64,000 nucleotides of DNA from an uncultured Chloroflexia bacterium (GTDB lineage: Bacteria; Chloroflexota; Dehalococcoidia; GIF9; UBA5629): assembly GCA_963842805.1 (NCBI GenBank), contig CAWJIA010000016.1:179191-243190 (forward strand), written 5' to 3'. Below are positions 18,629-28,730 of the stretch, one piece after another. Numbering within the stretch: the stretch's first letter is position 1; each line of letters starts with the position of its first letter. The position numbers and the translations under genes were made by a program. The notes beneath the pieces were generated by a model. The model ran no database searches and was not told the origin of the DNA. It saw nothing but the letters and a program-made list of their open reading frames with translations.

Positions 18629-21600
18629 TTAAAGCTTTGAACGCAATTTGATAATCATTACCAGCGTAATAATTATAAGAATTAAGCCGATCCCTATCAC
18701 ACCCCAGACCCACAGGGGAGTAGCCGGTTCGGTGGGAGTGGCGTTCATATCTGAAGGAGCCGGTTCAGTCTGGAAGCTAAAAGTAGCGCTCCAGTCACCG
18801 GTGTTCGGTTGTCCATTGACCTCCATGGCGCGTACCCGCCAGAAATAGCCCGTGCTGTAGTCCAACGTACCATCATATTGATAGGCCGTCGTGGAAGTAT
18901 GGACATCCCTTATTATCTGTTTGAAGTCCGTGTCCCTGGACAACTCGAACTCATAGCCTGTAGCTTCCTTCCAGGGCGACCAGGAGAATGAAGAAGGTCT
19001 GACCTTGCAGGTTGTGCATCCGTTTTCCGGCGACAGAAGCTGGACCCCCAAGTATGGCGACCTGACCACAAAGCCTGGCGCTACCTTGAAGCTCCGGGTC
19101 TCGGACCAGGGGCTGATGGCTATCTGGCCGGTGGCCGACCTGTAAGAGCGTATCCTCCAATAATAAAATGCGCCAGCTTCAGGCAGCGAGCCGGGTGAAA
19201 GCCAGACACCGGGGTTGGTGACATTCACGGGGTCAGTATTTATAAGAATCGACCCGGTAACCGCCTTGATATGGTTAACATTGGATATCTCCGGATTAAT
19301 CCTCAAGGTAAAATCCCTGTCCTTGGCGATCTGCATCTCATATGTATTGCTCAGGCATAGCTGTTCCCATGACAGGTCGATCTGCTGGTTGCGTCCGGTT
19401 ACAGGATCGGCGCCGACAAGAGCCTGGTCCGGCGGGTGTTTCAGGGCAGGGCCTTTTTTAGCCAGGCAGTCCGTATAAGCCCACAGCATGCCCTGATTGA
19501 TGTCGGGGTCATAACCCGGAGTCTGCTTATAGCGGCCGCTGAGGCCGAGAGCCGCCACAAGCCCGATAATATTGTCCGTCTGTAGAAAAGCACTGGCGCT
19601 GAGGGTGAGGCCCGACTGATTATCGATGGCATACAGTATCGTGTTGGTATTGGGGGAGCAGCATCCGCAGGACTTCAGGGATGTCGGCTCAAGCGTAAAA
19701 TGCACGTTGTTTTGAGAGGGCGGCGCAAATATATCCAGGCAGTCCCAGTATACTCCAGGTTTGGGAATGCCGTTCCTGCATTCCAGCGTACGGCAAACTG
19801 CGCTGTTGGAAGGCAGTCCTCCCGGCCCTGGGGCTATTGAGCCGGTTATATTATCGTGGGCGGCGTAGAGCGCCGGCTGCGGGTTTCCGGTATTGGCCAT
19901 AACGATGCCGAAGAAACTGCGCTGGTGCGGCGGGTCGCCCGCGGCCTGGCTGTAGCCGTCGTTCCACCAATCGGGACCGGCAGCGCCGTTGGAGATATCC
20001 ATCAGGTCACCATCGTGCCAGCGGGTAAAGTTGGGTGCGGTGTTCCGATAGACGCTGCCCGTGAGGTTATCATCCGTTGCGGCATATATAAACGAGTTGT
20101 TTTCGTAGTCGACATCGAAGATGACATGTATGTTGCCGCCCGTCGGCACACGATCCTTGTAAATGTACCAGTTCTGGCCGCTGTCGGCCGAATAGGCTAC
20201 CGCCCCACCCTGCAGGTTAGCCAGAGCCGCTCCTACCAGCACTTTCCCATTGCGTGCGGCAATGGTATGGCCATACAGACCGCAATTGGTAACAGGAATG
20301 GTATTGGACCAGGCCGTCCCGCTATAAACCAGTTTCTGCACTATCCCCTCCGGGCTGAGGGCATAAATTGTCTGGCCTGTATCGAAGGTGAAATCCTGCA
20401 CGATGTCATTGGGAGCGATGGCCGACCAGAAGTCCCCGTAGTCGGAAGACCATGCCATCACGCCCCCCTTGCCGGCCGCCGTCAGAGGCTCATATTGCGC
20501 AGCCCAGGCTACAATGCCGCCGTCGGCCGAATCGTCACAGGATGGTACCGTCCGCAGGATGGGCAGGTCGGTCTGCGGGAAGCGGCAGCAAACCGATGTT
20601 GTGTGCGTAAAGACACGCTCCCAGCAATAGCCTATATCTCCCTGCACAGGTAATGGGGCTGCTGCGGCCGGGCTGATGGTCGAACGCCAGATGCTGTCGA
20701 ATTCGTTGCAGCCGATCCCGATATTCCTGTTGACTGAAGCCAGGTAAACGGTGGTACAATCGGCGGATACAGCGACATCGTTGAACCAGTCGATGGTGGT
20801 ATCTATCAGGGCGAGCTGGTTCCAGGTATCGCCGTTATTACGGCTGATGGAGAGCGCCGATTCGTCATCTGGTATCAGTGTCGTGATCCACGGTCCGGTA
20901 GAAGAGTTCCACCAAATTATATTGTCCGCTATTGTCCCTGAGCCTGTAGCCGCATAGGCCAGTGAACCGTCGTGGCTCCATGCTACCAGGGCCGAACCGA
21001 TCCCTGTAAGGGCATCGCTGCAGGTTAAGATGCTGCCGCAGTTGCCCTGGTTGGCTGAGCCCGTGGGTGGCTTGAGGGATTTGTACACGCATGAGCCGGC
21101 GCAAATACAGGGTGTATCAGCGAACAGGGTGGGTACGGCCGCATTGCAGGGAGACCCATTTACAAAACCGGCCAGCAGTTTGCCCGTCTGATAGGTTCCG
21201 AAGAAGGCTATACTGTAGATCTGAAGAGTGCGGCTAGAAGTGGTGCTTAAAAGCGCGGCGGGAACTGAATCGTCCATGCGGAAGATCCCTGATTCATCCG
21301 TCCCGATGGCCGGCGAGGGAACGTTGAGGCTAATAAAGGCACGCCTCAGGCTGGCAGTCTGACCGGAGAAATCGGCCGGCAGAGAGATATCGGCCGTCGC
21401 CAGCGTAGCGAATGAAGGCGACGCCCCAACGGGTGAAGTGCTGGAGATTATCTCAATGCCGTTCCCCGTAAATAGCCACGAAGAAAGGGAGTTGTTGTTT
21501 ATATCTCTGATGCCTATGTTATAAAAGGTCGAGGTCGCATTCGCCAGCACAGCTACCACAGATTGGTCGCCGGCATAGCCGGGAGAAAACTTAACGCTGA

Positions 21601-22318
21601 AAAAGTCCACTGGATCGGATGTGGGGTTAGTCTGCTGGCTCCAGACGCCGAACCCGGTCTCTTTGGTTATAAAGATGCGTCCACCCCCGGTGCTGCTACG
21701 AGTTGCAACCAGGAAATCACGGCCAGTTGTGTAATCGACCGATATATCAATGCTGCTGATCGCTTCACCTGCGGCCAGGGCGGGGACCAGGCTGTTGCTC
21801 CATATGGCGCCGGCGTCGTGTGAAACCCACATCTCGACCGGTCCGGATGCGGCACTGCCGGCCGTAGCCGCCCACAACCTGGAGTCATCACCGTCCACCA
21901 ACACGTTGTAAACGTGGTTGCCCGCCGTCCAGCCGGCTGCATTTACCAGGTGCAAATAGGGAGCAACAGTCCAGCTCACTCCGCGGTCGGGAGAAGCCAG
22001 CAACACGCCCAGCGGGCCGGGAGCAGCGGCCGTATTTATATATCTGGCATCGACCGTAACGGCCGTTAAAAGAGTGGTGCTGTCGCTGCCGACCGAAAGA
22101 TCGCGAATTTCACTGCCGGTAAAGGCGCCCCCGATGAGAGGATTTAAGATATCGTTCCTGCCGGGGTAGGAATAAGGCGTGGAAACCGTCTCCCAGCGCA
22201 TGATCCCCGGGCTGGCTTCGGCAGGCAGAGAAAGAAAACTATCACCCGGCAGCACAAAATTCGAGATGATCGCCAGCAAACAGGTAAAAGCTAAAAGGAA
22301 ACGACGATTAACAATCAT
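18629..22318 (-). CDS. large cell-surface (S-layer-like) protein: Asp-box beta-propellers, FN3-like domains, C-terminal membrane anchor
   Basis: Signal peptide; Asp-boxes SPDRGVSW, SHDAGAIW, SRNNGDTW, SSDYGDFW, SADSGQNW; FN3-type YYWRIR / YFWRVRA; anchor TPLWVWGVIGIGLIL...KLRSKL; about two dozen Cys. Confidence 0.8.
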   Translation of the reverse strand: MIVNRRFLLAFTCLLAIISNFVLPGDSFLSLPAEASPGIMRWETVSTPYSYPGRNDILNPLIGGAFTGSEIRDLSVGSDSTTLLTAVTVDARYINTAAAPGPLGVLLASPDRGVSWTVAPYLHLVNAAGWTAGNHVYNVLVDGDDSRLWAATAGSAASGPVEMWVSHDAGAIWSNSLVPALAAGEAISSIDISVDYTTGRDFLVATRSSTGGGRIFITKETGFGVWSQQTNPTSDPVDFFSVKFSPGYAGDQSVVAVLANATSTFYNIGIRDINNNSLSSWLFTGNGIEIISSTSPVGASPSFATLATADISLPADFSGQTASLRRAFISLNVPSPAIGTDESGIFRMDDSVPAALLSTTSSRTLQIYSIAFFGTYQTGKLLAGFVNGSPCNAAVPTLFADTPCICAGSCVYKSLKPPTGSANQGNCGSILTCSDALTGIGSALVAWSHDGSLAYAATGSGTIADNIIWWNSSTGPWITTLIPDDESALSISRNNGDTWNQLALIDTTIDWFNDVAVSADCTTVYLASVNRNIGIGCNEFDSIWRSTISPAAAAPLPVQGDIGYCWERVFTHTTSVCCRFPQTDLPILRTVPSCDDSADGGIVAWAAQYEPLTAAGKGGVMAWSSDYGDFWSAIAPNDIVQDFTFDTGQTIYALSPEGIVQKLVYSGTAWSNTIPVTNCGLYGHTIAARNGKVLVGAALANLQGGAVAYSADSGQNWYIYKDRVPTGGNIHVIFDVDYENNSFIYAATDDNLTGSVYRNTAPNFTRWHDGDLMDISNGAAGPDWWNDGYSQAAGDPPHQRSFFGIVMANTGNPQPALYAAHDNITGSIAPGPGGLPSNSAVCRTLECRNGIPKPGVYWDCLDIFAPPSQNNVHFTLEPTSLKSCGCCSPNTNTILYAIDNQSGLTLSASAFLQTDNIIGLVAALGLSGRYKQTPGYDPDINQGMLWAYTDCLAKKGPALKHPPDQALVGADPVTGRNQQIDLSWEQLCLSNTYEMQIAKDRDFTLRINPEISNVNHIKAVTGSILINTDPVNVTNPGVWLSPGSLPEAGAFYYWRIRSYRSATGQIAISPWSETRSFKVAPGFVVRSPYLGVQLLSPENGCTTCKVRPSSFSWSPWKEATGYEFELSRDTDFKQIIRDVHTSTTAYQYDGTLDYSTGYFWRVRAMEVNGQPNTGDWSATFSFQTEPAPSDMNATPTEPATPLWVWGVIGIGLILIIITLVMIIKLRSKL

Positions 22319-22411
22319 TTAACCCGGCAATAGGCTGCGATTATATGGCAGGCAAAAGAGCCGGGTAATATGATAACATAGGAGTTACTTTTCTGCATCG
22401 GATAAAATGCG

Positions 22412-22810
22412 TTGGCGGATAATATAGATAGGTTGAAAGAACTGGGCAAAAAAGAGCCCATCGCCTCATTCCTCGACATGAATCTAACGGATTTGTCGGA
22501 CGGCTACGCCAGGGTTGAGATGAAGATGAAGCCTGCATATATCAACTTCAACGGCACGATCTTCGGAGGTATTATTACTGCTATCGCCGACCAGGCTTTT
22601 GCCTATGCTACTAACTCGGTGGCCGCGCCCAACGTAGCTTCTCAGCTCAATATTCATTTCATAGCCGCTGCCAAGGAAAATGATAAACTAATTGCCGAGT
22701 GTCTGGTGGTTAAAAGGGGCAAGCGCGTTTGCATTTCGGAGATCAAGGTCACCGACCCCGAGGGTAAACTTATAGCCATGGCCAGTGGGACAACTATTCC
22801 GCTCGATTAA
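22412..22810 (+). CDS. PaaI-family hotdog thioesterase
   Basis: NFNGTIFGG...ADQAF, LNIHF, GKRV. Confidence 0.88.
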   Translation: MADNIDRLKELGKKEPIASFLDMNLTDLSDGYARVEMKMKPAYINFNGTIFGGIITAIADQAFAYATNSVAAPNVASQLNIHFIAAAKENDKLIAECLVVKRGKRVCISEIKVTDPEGKLIAMASGTTIPLD

Positions 22811-22904
22811 ACCGCAACAGGCGCGACGGCAGATATTTCATTCCATGGTTTTACGTTTTACCGGCCAGCTTCTATAATTTTAATCAGGTGATAATGAGGA
22901 GGCC

Positions 22905-23204
22905 ATGCGAAAAGTCAAAATCCTGTTTACCGACGTTCACCAACCGGAATACCATGATAAGAACCCTTTCAGGGAGGGTTTTGAATGGGGGAAGAAGATC
23001 ATCCTCGACCTCTGCGTGGAAGTCGACCTGGATGATATGTTCAATATCTATATCGAGCAACCTGAAAAGCGCATCAGTAACGGCAGGGTCATAAAATTCA
23101 GCGAATTCGCTATCGACTATCTGGAAAAGGAGCAGAAAAAGCAGCGGGAAGCGCTCAAGGACAAGGATGACGCTTCGGACATACCTACACCCGGTCAGAC
23201 ATAA
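22905..23204 (+). CDS. hypothetical protein
   Basis: GAGGAGG SD directly upstream; 26 bp before the ATPase gene on the same strand. Confidence 0.6.
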   Translation: MRKVKILFTDVHQPEYHDKNPFREGFEWGKKIILDLCVEVDLDDMFNIYIEQPEKRISNGRVIKFSEFAIDYLEKEQKKQREALKDKDDASDIPTPGQT

Positions 23205-23230
23205 ACAAATTAAGTAGAGGTGGTAAGTAA

Positions 23231-25699
23231 ATGGAAGATTTCGAAAAGCTGGGCGTATTTTACATCGGCAGACAGTATGACATGGCATCCAAAAGCTCGG
23301 GGGAACATCTTGTTTTATATGATTCCAGGGACATGGTGACACACGGAGTATGCGTGGGGATGACAGGCAGCGGCAAGACCGGTCTCTGTATCGCCATACT
23401 GGAAGAGGCTGCCATCGATGGCGTGCCGGCCATTGCTATCGATCCCAAAGGCGACCTGGCCAACCTGTTACTGACCTTCCCCCAACTAAGGGCCGAGGAT
23501 TTTCTGCCGTGGGTGAACGATGATGACGCACGCAGAAAAGGTCAGACCACCCAGGACTTTGCCGCCGGCCAGGCCGACCTCTGGAAAAAGGGGCTGGCCT
23601 CATGGGGCGAGAGCGGCGACCGCATAGACAGGCTCAAGAAGGCCGCCGACTTCGTGATCTATACCCCGGGCAGCACCGCCGGCCTACCGGTCTCCATCTT
23701 GAAATCGTTTGCTGCGCCGCCTTCGGCTGTTATTGCAGACGATGAGCTGCTCAGGGACAGGATAGCCTCCATCGTCACCAGCCTGCTGGGACTGATCGGC
23801 AAGGACGCAGATCCCATCAAGAGCAAGGAATATATTTTAATATCGACCATAATAGATAAATGCTGGAGACAGGGCACCGACCTGGACCTGGCGGCCTTAA
23901 TTCAGCTTATACAGTCGCCCCCGGTAACCAAGATCGGCGTAATAGACCTTGATTCATTCTATCCCGCCAAGGACCGCTTCGACCTGGCCATGGCGATAAA
24001 CAACCTGCTGGCGTCCCCCGGCTTCAGCTCCTGGCTGGAAGGCCAGGCACTGGACATCGGGCAAATCTTATTCAGCCCGTCGGGCAAGCCCAGGATAGCC
24101 GTCTTCTCCATCGCTCATTTAAGCGACCCCGAGCGCATGTTCTTCGTTTCGCTGCTGCTTAACCAGTTCCTGGCCTGGATGCGGCAGCAGCCGGGCACCA
24201 CCAGCCTGCGCGCCATGCTTTACATGGACGAGATCTTCGGCTATTTCCCCCCGGTGGCCAACCCACCCTCCAAACAGCCGCTTTTGACCCTGCTCAAACA
24301 GGCCCGCGCCTTCGGGGTAGGTATACTGCTAGCTACTCAGAACCCGGTGGACCTCGATTATAAAGGGCTTTCCAATGCCGGCACATGGTTGATCGGCCGT
24401 TTGCAAACGGAGCGTGATAAGGACCGCCTGCTGGATGGGCTGGAGGGAGCCGCAGCCTCACAGAGCGGCAAGTTCGACCGCCAGTCCATGTCTCAGACGC
24501 TGGCCGGGCTGGGAAACCGCATATTCCTTATGAACAACGTGCATAGCGATGCGCCTATCGTCCTCGAGACGCGCTGGACCATGTCCTATCTCAGGGGACC
24601 GATAACAGGCAACCAGATCAAGGTCCTCATGGACCCGGTCAAAGCGCAGATGCCCAAACAGGCAGCGCCCGCACCTGTGGCGCCTTCTGCTTCATCTTCT
24701 GCGCAAAGCACTGCCGCCTCGCCGTCGCCTACCGCTTCAACCGTTTCGGCCGGGCGCCCGGTTCTGCCGCCCGATGTTACACAGTATTTCGTCCCGGTCA
24801 GGGGCAGCCAGTCAGGTAGCGGGCTATTATACAAACCGGTCGTTCTGGGTAACGCACAGGTGCATTTCACAGACGTGAAATCCGGCATAGACACTACCGA
24901 TGATTGCACTGCCGTCACAGATATCACCGATGACCCCATACCCGTCAACTGGGACAATGCCAGGGATGCCGATTTCGTTATCGCGGACCTGGATAAATCT
25001 CCACGCGATTCATCCCAGTTTGCAGCCCTCACTTCGATCGCCGGAAAGGCACGCAGCTACGATGCATGGGGCAAAGATTTTGCCACCTGGTTATACGGGA
25101 GCAAGAAATATGAACTGCTGAAAAGCCCCACCTACAATCAGTTTTCCAAACCCGGCGAATCCGAGCGTGATTTCAGGGTAAGGCTGGCACAGAGCGCCCG
25201 GGAACAGCGCGATGAGATGGTGGATAAGCTGAAGCAAAAATATCAGGCCAAGGTGGCAGCGCTTGAGGATAAGGTGCGTGTCGCCCAGCAGTCTGTGGAC
25301 CGCGAAGCCGCTCAGGAAAGACAGCAGCAGATGCAGACCGTTATCTCCGTGGGTTCGACCTTGCTGGGAGCGTTTATAGGCGGCAAGGGAATCAGCACCG
25401 GCACAGTCGGCCGGGCCGCCACCGCGGCTAAAAGCGCCGGACGTATCATGCAGGATAAACAGGACGTGGACAATGCTAAAGAGACGTTGACGGAGCATCA
25501 AAAGATGCTCGACGACCTCGAGGTGGAGTTCAAGTCCGAGACCGATCAGCTCGCTGCCAAAATAGACCCGGCCACCGAAGAGCTTCAGAAGATATCTGTG
25601 CGTCCTGCCAAGAAAGATATCATCGTCAAGCTGGTCGGTCTGGCATGGCTGCCTTACTGGCAGTCATCCGACGGTAAGACTACACCAGCATGGCAGTGA
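23231..25699 (+). CDS. HerA/FtsK-superfamily (DUF87/DUF853-like) ATPase with C-terminal coiled coil
   Basis: Walker A GMTGSGKT, IDPKGD, Walker B YMDEIF, KQARAFG, LATQNPVD; Ala/Pro/Ser linker; coiled-coil tail. Confidence 0.85.
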   Translation: MEDFEKLGVFYIGRQYDMASKSSGEHLVLYDSRDMVTHGVCVGMTGSGKTGLCIAILEEAAIDGVPAIAIDPKGDLANLLLTFPQLRAEDFLPWVNDDDARRKGQTTQDFAAGQADLWKKGLASWGESGDRIDRLKKAADFVIYTPGSTAGLPVSILKSFAAPPSAVIADDELLRDRIASIVTSLLGLIGKDADPIKSKEYILISTIIDKCWRQGTDLDLAALIQLIQSPPVTKIGVIDLDSFYPAKDRFDLAMAINNLLASPGFSSWLEGQALDIGQILFSPSGKPRIAVFSIAHLSDPERMFFVSLLLNQFLAWMRQQPGTTSLRAMLYMDEIFGYFPPVANPPSKQPLLTLLKQARAFGVGILLATQNPVDLDYKGLSNAGTWLIGRLQTERDKDRLLDGLEGAAASQSGKFDRQSMSQTLAGLGNRIFLMNNVHSDAPIVLETRWTMSYLRGPITGNQIKVLMDPVKAQMPKQAAPAPVAPSASSSAQSTAASPSPTASTVSAGRPVLPPDVTQYFVPVRGSQSGSGLLYKPVVLGNAQVHFTDVKSGIDTTDDCTAVTDITDDPIPVNWDNARDADFVIADLDKSPRDSSQFAALTSIAGKARSYDAWGKDFATWLYGSKKYELLKSPTYNQFSKPGESERDFRVRLAQSAREQRDEMVDKLKQKYQAKVAALEDKVRVAQQSVDREAAQERQQQMQTVISVGSTLLGAFIGGKGISTGTVGRAATAAKSAGRIMQDKQDVDNAKETLTEHQKMLDDLEVEFKSETDQLAAKIDPATEELQKISVRPAKKDIIVKLVGLAWLPYWQSSDGKTTPAWQ

Positions 25700-25802
25700 A
25701 CGTCAGCCACGCCTGAATGATCGAAACCGCCAGAATGGCAAAGAGAATGAGGGATATAGGAATATTAAACTCAAGGTTGCTGCTAGCTGCGAAGACAAAA
25801 TA

Positions 25803-26387
25803 TTAAATGATAATGCGCGATCTTCTGCGCAGGTACCATCCCGCCAGCAGGCCGGTTAGAAGACCCCCCAGATGACCCTGCCATGAGACTCCCGGTATTA
25901 AAGCCAATACCAGGAAGGTGATCAGTATGGCTACCCAAAGGGGCATCGGCACGGGTATGGGAAAAATGAAGACTTTTAGCTGCGGCGTAAGCACCGCCAG
26001 CGCTCCGCCCAACGCAAAAATGGCGCCTGAGGCGCCTATAGTAAATGACATGACGGGTGACAGCAGGAGTATGACCAGCCCCGAAACCAATCCGCCGATG
26101 AAATAGATAGTCAAAAATATCCGGGTGCCCACTAATCTATTAAGGAATTGCCCGAAGAAATACAGGGTCAGCATATTGAACAGGATGTGGAAAAAGTCCT
26201 GGTGCGTGAACATGTAGGTGAAAATAGTCCAGGGATAGTCAAAGAAAGTCGACCTGGATAGCGCCAGGAACTGTATTATGCTGCCGCCGGTAAAATTAGC
26301 GATATTAACGGCGATATACACCAGGAAGTTCAGTATAATGAGGATAATGATCGGGGTCAGATCACCATCGTTGGACCTGTATCTCAT
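25803..26387 (-). CDS. rhomboid-family intramembrane serine protease
   Basis: HILFNM, catalytic GASG and GHLGG. Confidence 0.92.
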   Translation of the reverse strand: MRYRSNDGDLTPIIILIILNFLVYIAVNIANFTGGSIIQFLALSRSTFFDYPWTIFTYMFTHQDFFHILFNMLTLYFFGQFLNRLVGTRIFLTIYFIGGLVSGLVILLLSPVMSFTIGASGAIFALGGALAVLTPQLKVFIFPIPVPMPLWVAILITFLVLALIPGVSWQGHLGGLLTGLLAGWYLRRRSRIII

Positions 26388-26460
26388 TTAGGTATTCTTT
26401 CCCTGCCTATTCAAAAATATCTTGCAATAATAGCCTATCGTTGATCGATTATCAAGCGTT

Positions 26461-27429
26461 TCACTCAAGCGAATAGTATATCTGGCCGTCCTCACGGTAA
26501 CTGCGCAACACGCCGTCATTTTCAAGATACTGCAGGTGCGCCACCGTCTCGCCCACAGCGAAGAACTTTTGAGCGATGGGGAACTGCTCCCAATCTGAAT
26601 AGTCTATCTTCCATGTGATATAAGGGGCGACTTCATAAGCCGTCATATCCCCGTCCTGCAGTGCCGTGACTACTTCTTCCAGCCGCTGACGATGGTGCTT
26701 CTTCAACTCTTCGATCCTTTCCAGATGGTTATGCCAGGAGCTACGGTGGCCGGGAAGGACCAGCGATACATCAAGAGTGCTCATCTTATCCAGGCTGGCC
26801 AGATAGCTACGCAGAGGATCTTTCATCTGCGGCCAGTATGATATATTGGGCGTGATATCAAACAAGATATGGTCGCCTGAAAATAAAATCTTTTTGCCGG
26901 CCTCGTAGAGGCACATATGCCCCGGAGAATGCCCGGGAGTTTCTATACATTCCAGCATGTACTCTCCTGCCTCGAGCCTCTGACCGTTTTCGACCGGCGT
27001 TATCTCCACCAGCCGGCTGGGGCCGAAGATCACACCGGGATGCCTGGAAATCGATTCCTTTAAAACGTCTACCGGGAAACCGTTATCAGAGAAAAGCGAC
27101 AGATAGTCATCCCAGCGCTTTTCTCCCTTGACTATGTCACTTTCAAGGCTCCCCATATAGCATTTCGAGCCGTCCACGGCCAGGTCGCCGCTTAGTCCGA
27201 AATGGTCGGCATGCAGATGGGTTATGAAGAGGTCCGTCTTCTCCATGTCGACCCTCAATTCATTCAGGGCTGGAAAGAGGACCGCCTTGCATTCCGGCCG
27301 GTTCATGCCGGTATCGATGATAAGGTTCCTTTTCTTTCCCTTTATCACATAGGCATTGATGGATTTCAACGGGTTTTGCGGCAACGGTAACTCGATGCAA
27401 TACAGGTTGGAAGCTATTTCTTTTATCAT
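26461..27429 (-). CDS. MBL-fold metallo-hydrolase
   Basis: IDTG, THLHADH, PGHSPGH, SGDH, PGH. Confidence 0.92.
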   Translation of the reverse strand: MIKEIASNLYCIELPLPQNPLKSINAYVIKGKKRNLIIDTGMNRPECKAVLFPALNELRVDMEKTDLFITHLHADHFGLSGDLAVDGSKCYMGSLESDIVKGEKRWDDYLSLFSDNGFPVDVLKESISRHPGVIFGPSRLVEITPVENGQRLEAGEYMLECIETPGHSPGHMCLYEAGKKILFSGDHILFDITPNISYWPQMKDPLRSYLASLDKMSTLDVSLVLPGHRSSWHNHLERIEELKKHHRQRLEEVVTALQDGDMTAYEVAPYITWKIDYSDWEQFPIAQKFFAVGETVAHLQYLENDGVLRSYREDGQIYYSLE

Positions 27430-27528
27430 GAGGTTCCTTTTAAAACGGCGGGCAAATTTTTATTCCGGGCATGTTTTAATCCGTTATTATATGGCAGTTG
27501 GGCACGATAAGGCCAGAAAAACTGTGTA

Positions 27529-28575
27529 TTACTCTGCAGTTTCGACGGGAATGATGGACTTCTCGTTCCTGGCCCAATCCCTGAGAAAAACTATCGAAAG
27601 CGGCTTGCCGATGGATTCTTTACCCAGGACATGGTGCACGTCGTCAACACTTGCGACAGCGCGGCCACCGAGGGACACCAGCACATCTCCCTCCCTCAAG
27701 CCAACGTGGTAGGCGGGGCTATCAGGCACTACCGAGACTATCTGTACGGCGCTGTCCTTTGCCAAATTGTAGAACCTGACCACACGTGTCGGAAGTGGGA
27801 TCCTCCTACCTGAGATCCCCAGAAAACCCCTGGTTACCTTCCCTTCCCTGAAAAGCTGGCTGACCACCCAGCGGACGGTATTTACGGGTATGGCGAAGCA
27901 TATGCCCTGGGCCATCTGAATGATGGCCGTGTTTATGCCGATCATCCGGCTGCGCGAGTCCACCAGCGGGCCGCCGCTGTTGCCGGGATTGAGGGCGGCG
28001 TCTGTCTGGATGACGTCTTCTATCAGCCTACCGCTCAAGCTGCGCATGGAGCGTCCCAGAGCGCTGATTACACCCGTGGTGACGGTGCTCTGAAAACCCA
28101 GTGGGCTCCCTATGGCAATGGCCAACTGGCCGACGCGTAATGTATTGGAATCGCCGAACCTGACAGGCGACAAGCCCGATTGTCCAACGCTCAATAGCGC
28201 AATGTCAGTGGCAGCATCTTCGCCCACCACTCGAGCGCGGCAGCGCGTTCCATCAATGAATACCGCCTCGATTTCTCCTGCGCCTTCCACCACGTGGCAG
28301 TTGGTGACAATGTAACCGTCCGGCGTTATAACCACTCCGCTTCCACTGCCCTCCACCTCATGCTTGTGCCCAAGGCGGTCCTGGACTTCCTTCTTAACAG
28401 CTATGTGCACAACTGCCGGAGATACGCTTTCGACGACGTTTGCCACCGCCTCCGAATAGGCATCCAGGAAATCGGGCTGCTCCAGCACCTCGCCGGTGCC
28501 ATTAGCTTTCAATCCATAAGACGGGACAGGTCCTTCAACAAACTCAAGTCCCGCATTTGTATTCATACTGATCAT
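27529..28575 (-). CDS. HtrA/DegP-like trypsin serine protease with PDZ domain
   Basis: GSGV, TNCHV, DIAL, QTDAALNPGNSGGPL, C-terminal PDZ; start trimmed to ATG 28575 (GAAGGTGA SD); no obvious signal peptide. Confidence 0.9.
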   Translation of the reverse strand: MISMNTNAGLEFVEGPVPSYGLKANGTGEVLEQPDFLDAYSEAVANVVESVSPAVVHIAVKKEVQDRLGHKHEVEGSGSGVVITPDGYIVTNCHVVEGAGEIEAVFIDGTRCRARVVGEDAATDIALLSVGQSGLSPVRFGDSNTLRVGQLAIAIGSPLGFQSTVTTGVISALGRSMRSLSGRLIEDVIQTDAALNPGNSGGPLVDSRSRMIGINTAIIQMAQGICFAIPVNTVRWVVSQLFREGKVTRGFLGISGRRIPLPTRVVRFYNLAKDSAVQIVSVVPDSPAYHVGLREGDVLVSLGGRAVASVDDVHHVLGKESIGKPLSIVFLRDWARNEKSIIPVETAE

Positions 28576-28730
28576 ATTTGTATCACCTTCGATTGTATCT
28601 AATGTAATAATGATACTGCTATTGGCCAACCCCGCAAAAACCACACAGCAACGAAGGCAATCTGAATCTGCAGGACCAAGCCTATCAATTTCCTTAAGGC
28701 GGGCCCTCAAGTTATCTAGATGAGCTAAGT

